From the NCBI RefSeq assembly GCF_035084215.1, contig NC_090337.1, forward strand, positions 54,498,001 through 54,562,000: a stretch of DNA of 64,000 nt, given 5' to 3'. Origin of the DNA: Heptranchias perlo. Its lineage: Eukaryota. The notes under the pieces are model-generated. The model ran no database searches. It saw nothing but the letters and a program-made list of their open reading frames with translations, and had not been told where the DNA came from. Each line of letters starts with the position of its first letter. Within the stretch, counting starts at the first letter, position 1. Shown one piece after another: positions 62,580 to 64,000 of the stretch. The position numbers and the translations under genes were made by a program.

Positions 62580-64000
62580 GTACCAATGGTTGACGCTTAT
62601 AGAGCAGGCTACTGGGTATGTACAGAAGCTAATGCTGCTATATCTGCATTTAGTGATTACATTATCTGAGACAATTGAACATCTTCCTATAATTTTCAAG
62701 ACTGAGATTTTTGTTACATTAGGATATCAAGGGATATGGAGCAAAGGCGGGAAAATGGAGTTGAGGTACAGATCAACCATGATCTGACTGAATGGCGAAA
62801 CAGGTTCATGAGGCTGAATGGCCTACTCCTGGTTCCTAAACAATTTCTCACTTCCAAGCCAAAAAATCACAGATACAAAAATGCTCTGAGTGCGTGGGGT
62901 TAATCTCTGAATGCTGCTGAGAACACTAAGAATTGCCTCAATTTCATTAAGAAATATGACACAGTCGTGACATTTTATAAAAAATATAAAGCTGGTAATG
63001 CCAACAGAGACAGGTTACTGGCATATGGTGCACAGTTTGATTTACGCTAGTGAAAGGTTATAAGTGTCAAACTAATTCTACAAGGGTTGCTATTGGCGTC
63101 ATTCCCCATCTCCTTGCAAGCACCCCTCTCCCCCCACCCCACCACCCAAATACTTAGTAAATTTAAAGATTGGTGATTGACAGATTATTGGTGCTCACGT
63201 CATTCCCCCCTTCCACCCTGAAGACAACAACTGCTGATGGGGGACACAGTTCCACATCCATTGGCAGTCACCCAATAAATTGGTCAAGTGGTCATTCTTC
63301 AATCCTGAGCCTGGACAATGAGCACTGGGAGCCTGTTTGACAGTTGGGGGGGGTATCACAATCAAACTTGATCCTGTTCCCACCTGACATCCAAACACAC
63401 ACACTTTCCAGTGGAGGTTGCCAAGTTGTTATCAGAAGCAGGAACCCTGGCTGGTTTCCCACCTCTCCAGACTTGGGAGCACGATGCGAAATGTAGCACC
63501 CTGTTATGGTCAGTTAACTCAGACCAGGGATAAAACCTGCAATCCTCCTAAACTCCATGGCTTTGCATGACACCAGTTGGCACACCTACCCTCTTGAGCC
63601 ATAAAGCAACGACAATGGCAGGTTCGAAGAACAGTCATGTGTTTTGTTACTCAGGATTATCTCTTCCAGCAGCAATGGCTGAGGTGGAATGTACTGGTTT
63701 TCATCCAAAGCCACCTAACCAGAAAATATCACTGACGCATTAAATTAAACTATTTTTAAAAAGTGCTCGAAGGCCTGAGCCAACGCTGCTCTGTAACTGC
63801 CCACAGGAAATATTGAAGTGCAGCCTGAGCATCCCCTAATACTTCAGCTGCATACATCGAGTCGTACAGACCAAAAGGCATCAGGTTGCATTGCTGAGTT
63901 GGTGCACCCCAGTTGGATACAGCAGGGGGTGGGTCAGTTGACTTGGGCATTGCTGGGGAAGGAGAAAACAAATATCAGCCAGGGTCCCTGCTCCTTTCAG

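Overview
Vertebrate genomic DNA, most likely from a shark or other cartilaginous fish. This is inferred from the repeat content: CR1, L2, Deu-type tRNA SINEs and PIF/Harbinger elements. Two host genes lie on the minus strand: the first four coding exons and CpG island of UGGT1 (11281->2953), and the last coding exon of HS6ST1 (46959->46254). The rest is intron or intergenic DNA rich in mobile elements. At 20.2-29.8 kb a decayed two-gene Harbinger element (Myb/SANT protein plus HARBI1-type DDE transposase) is interrupted by CR1 LINEs. One of these CR1s carries two ~2-kb Harbinger deletion derivatives in opposite orientations, each with a 3-bp TSD. The most unusual feature is a nearly intact ~3.3-kb single-ORF APE-RT non-LTR retrotransposon (59238-62579, minus strand). 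It starts with a tRNA-derived A/B-box head, and my manual scan found no TTTT run on its sense strand. Its ORF is bracketed by a perfect 11-nt inverted repeat, and a SINE-like relative lacking the ORF lies at 5.4-5.7 kb. Together these suggest an autonomous LINE transcribed by RNA polymerase III; this is an untested inference. All coordinates were read by hand, and repeat boundaries are approximate unless a TSD or splice site is quoted.
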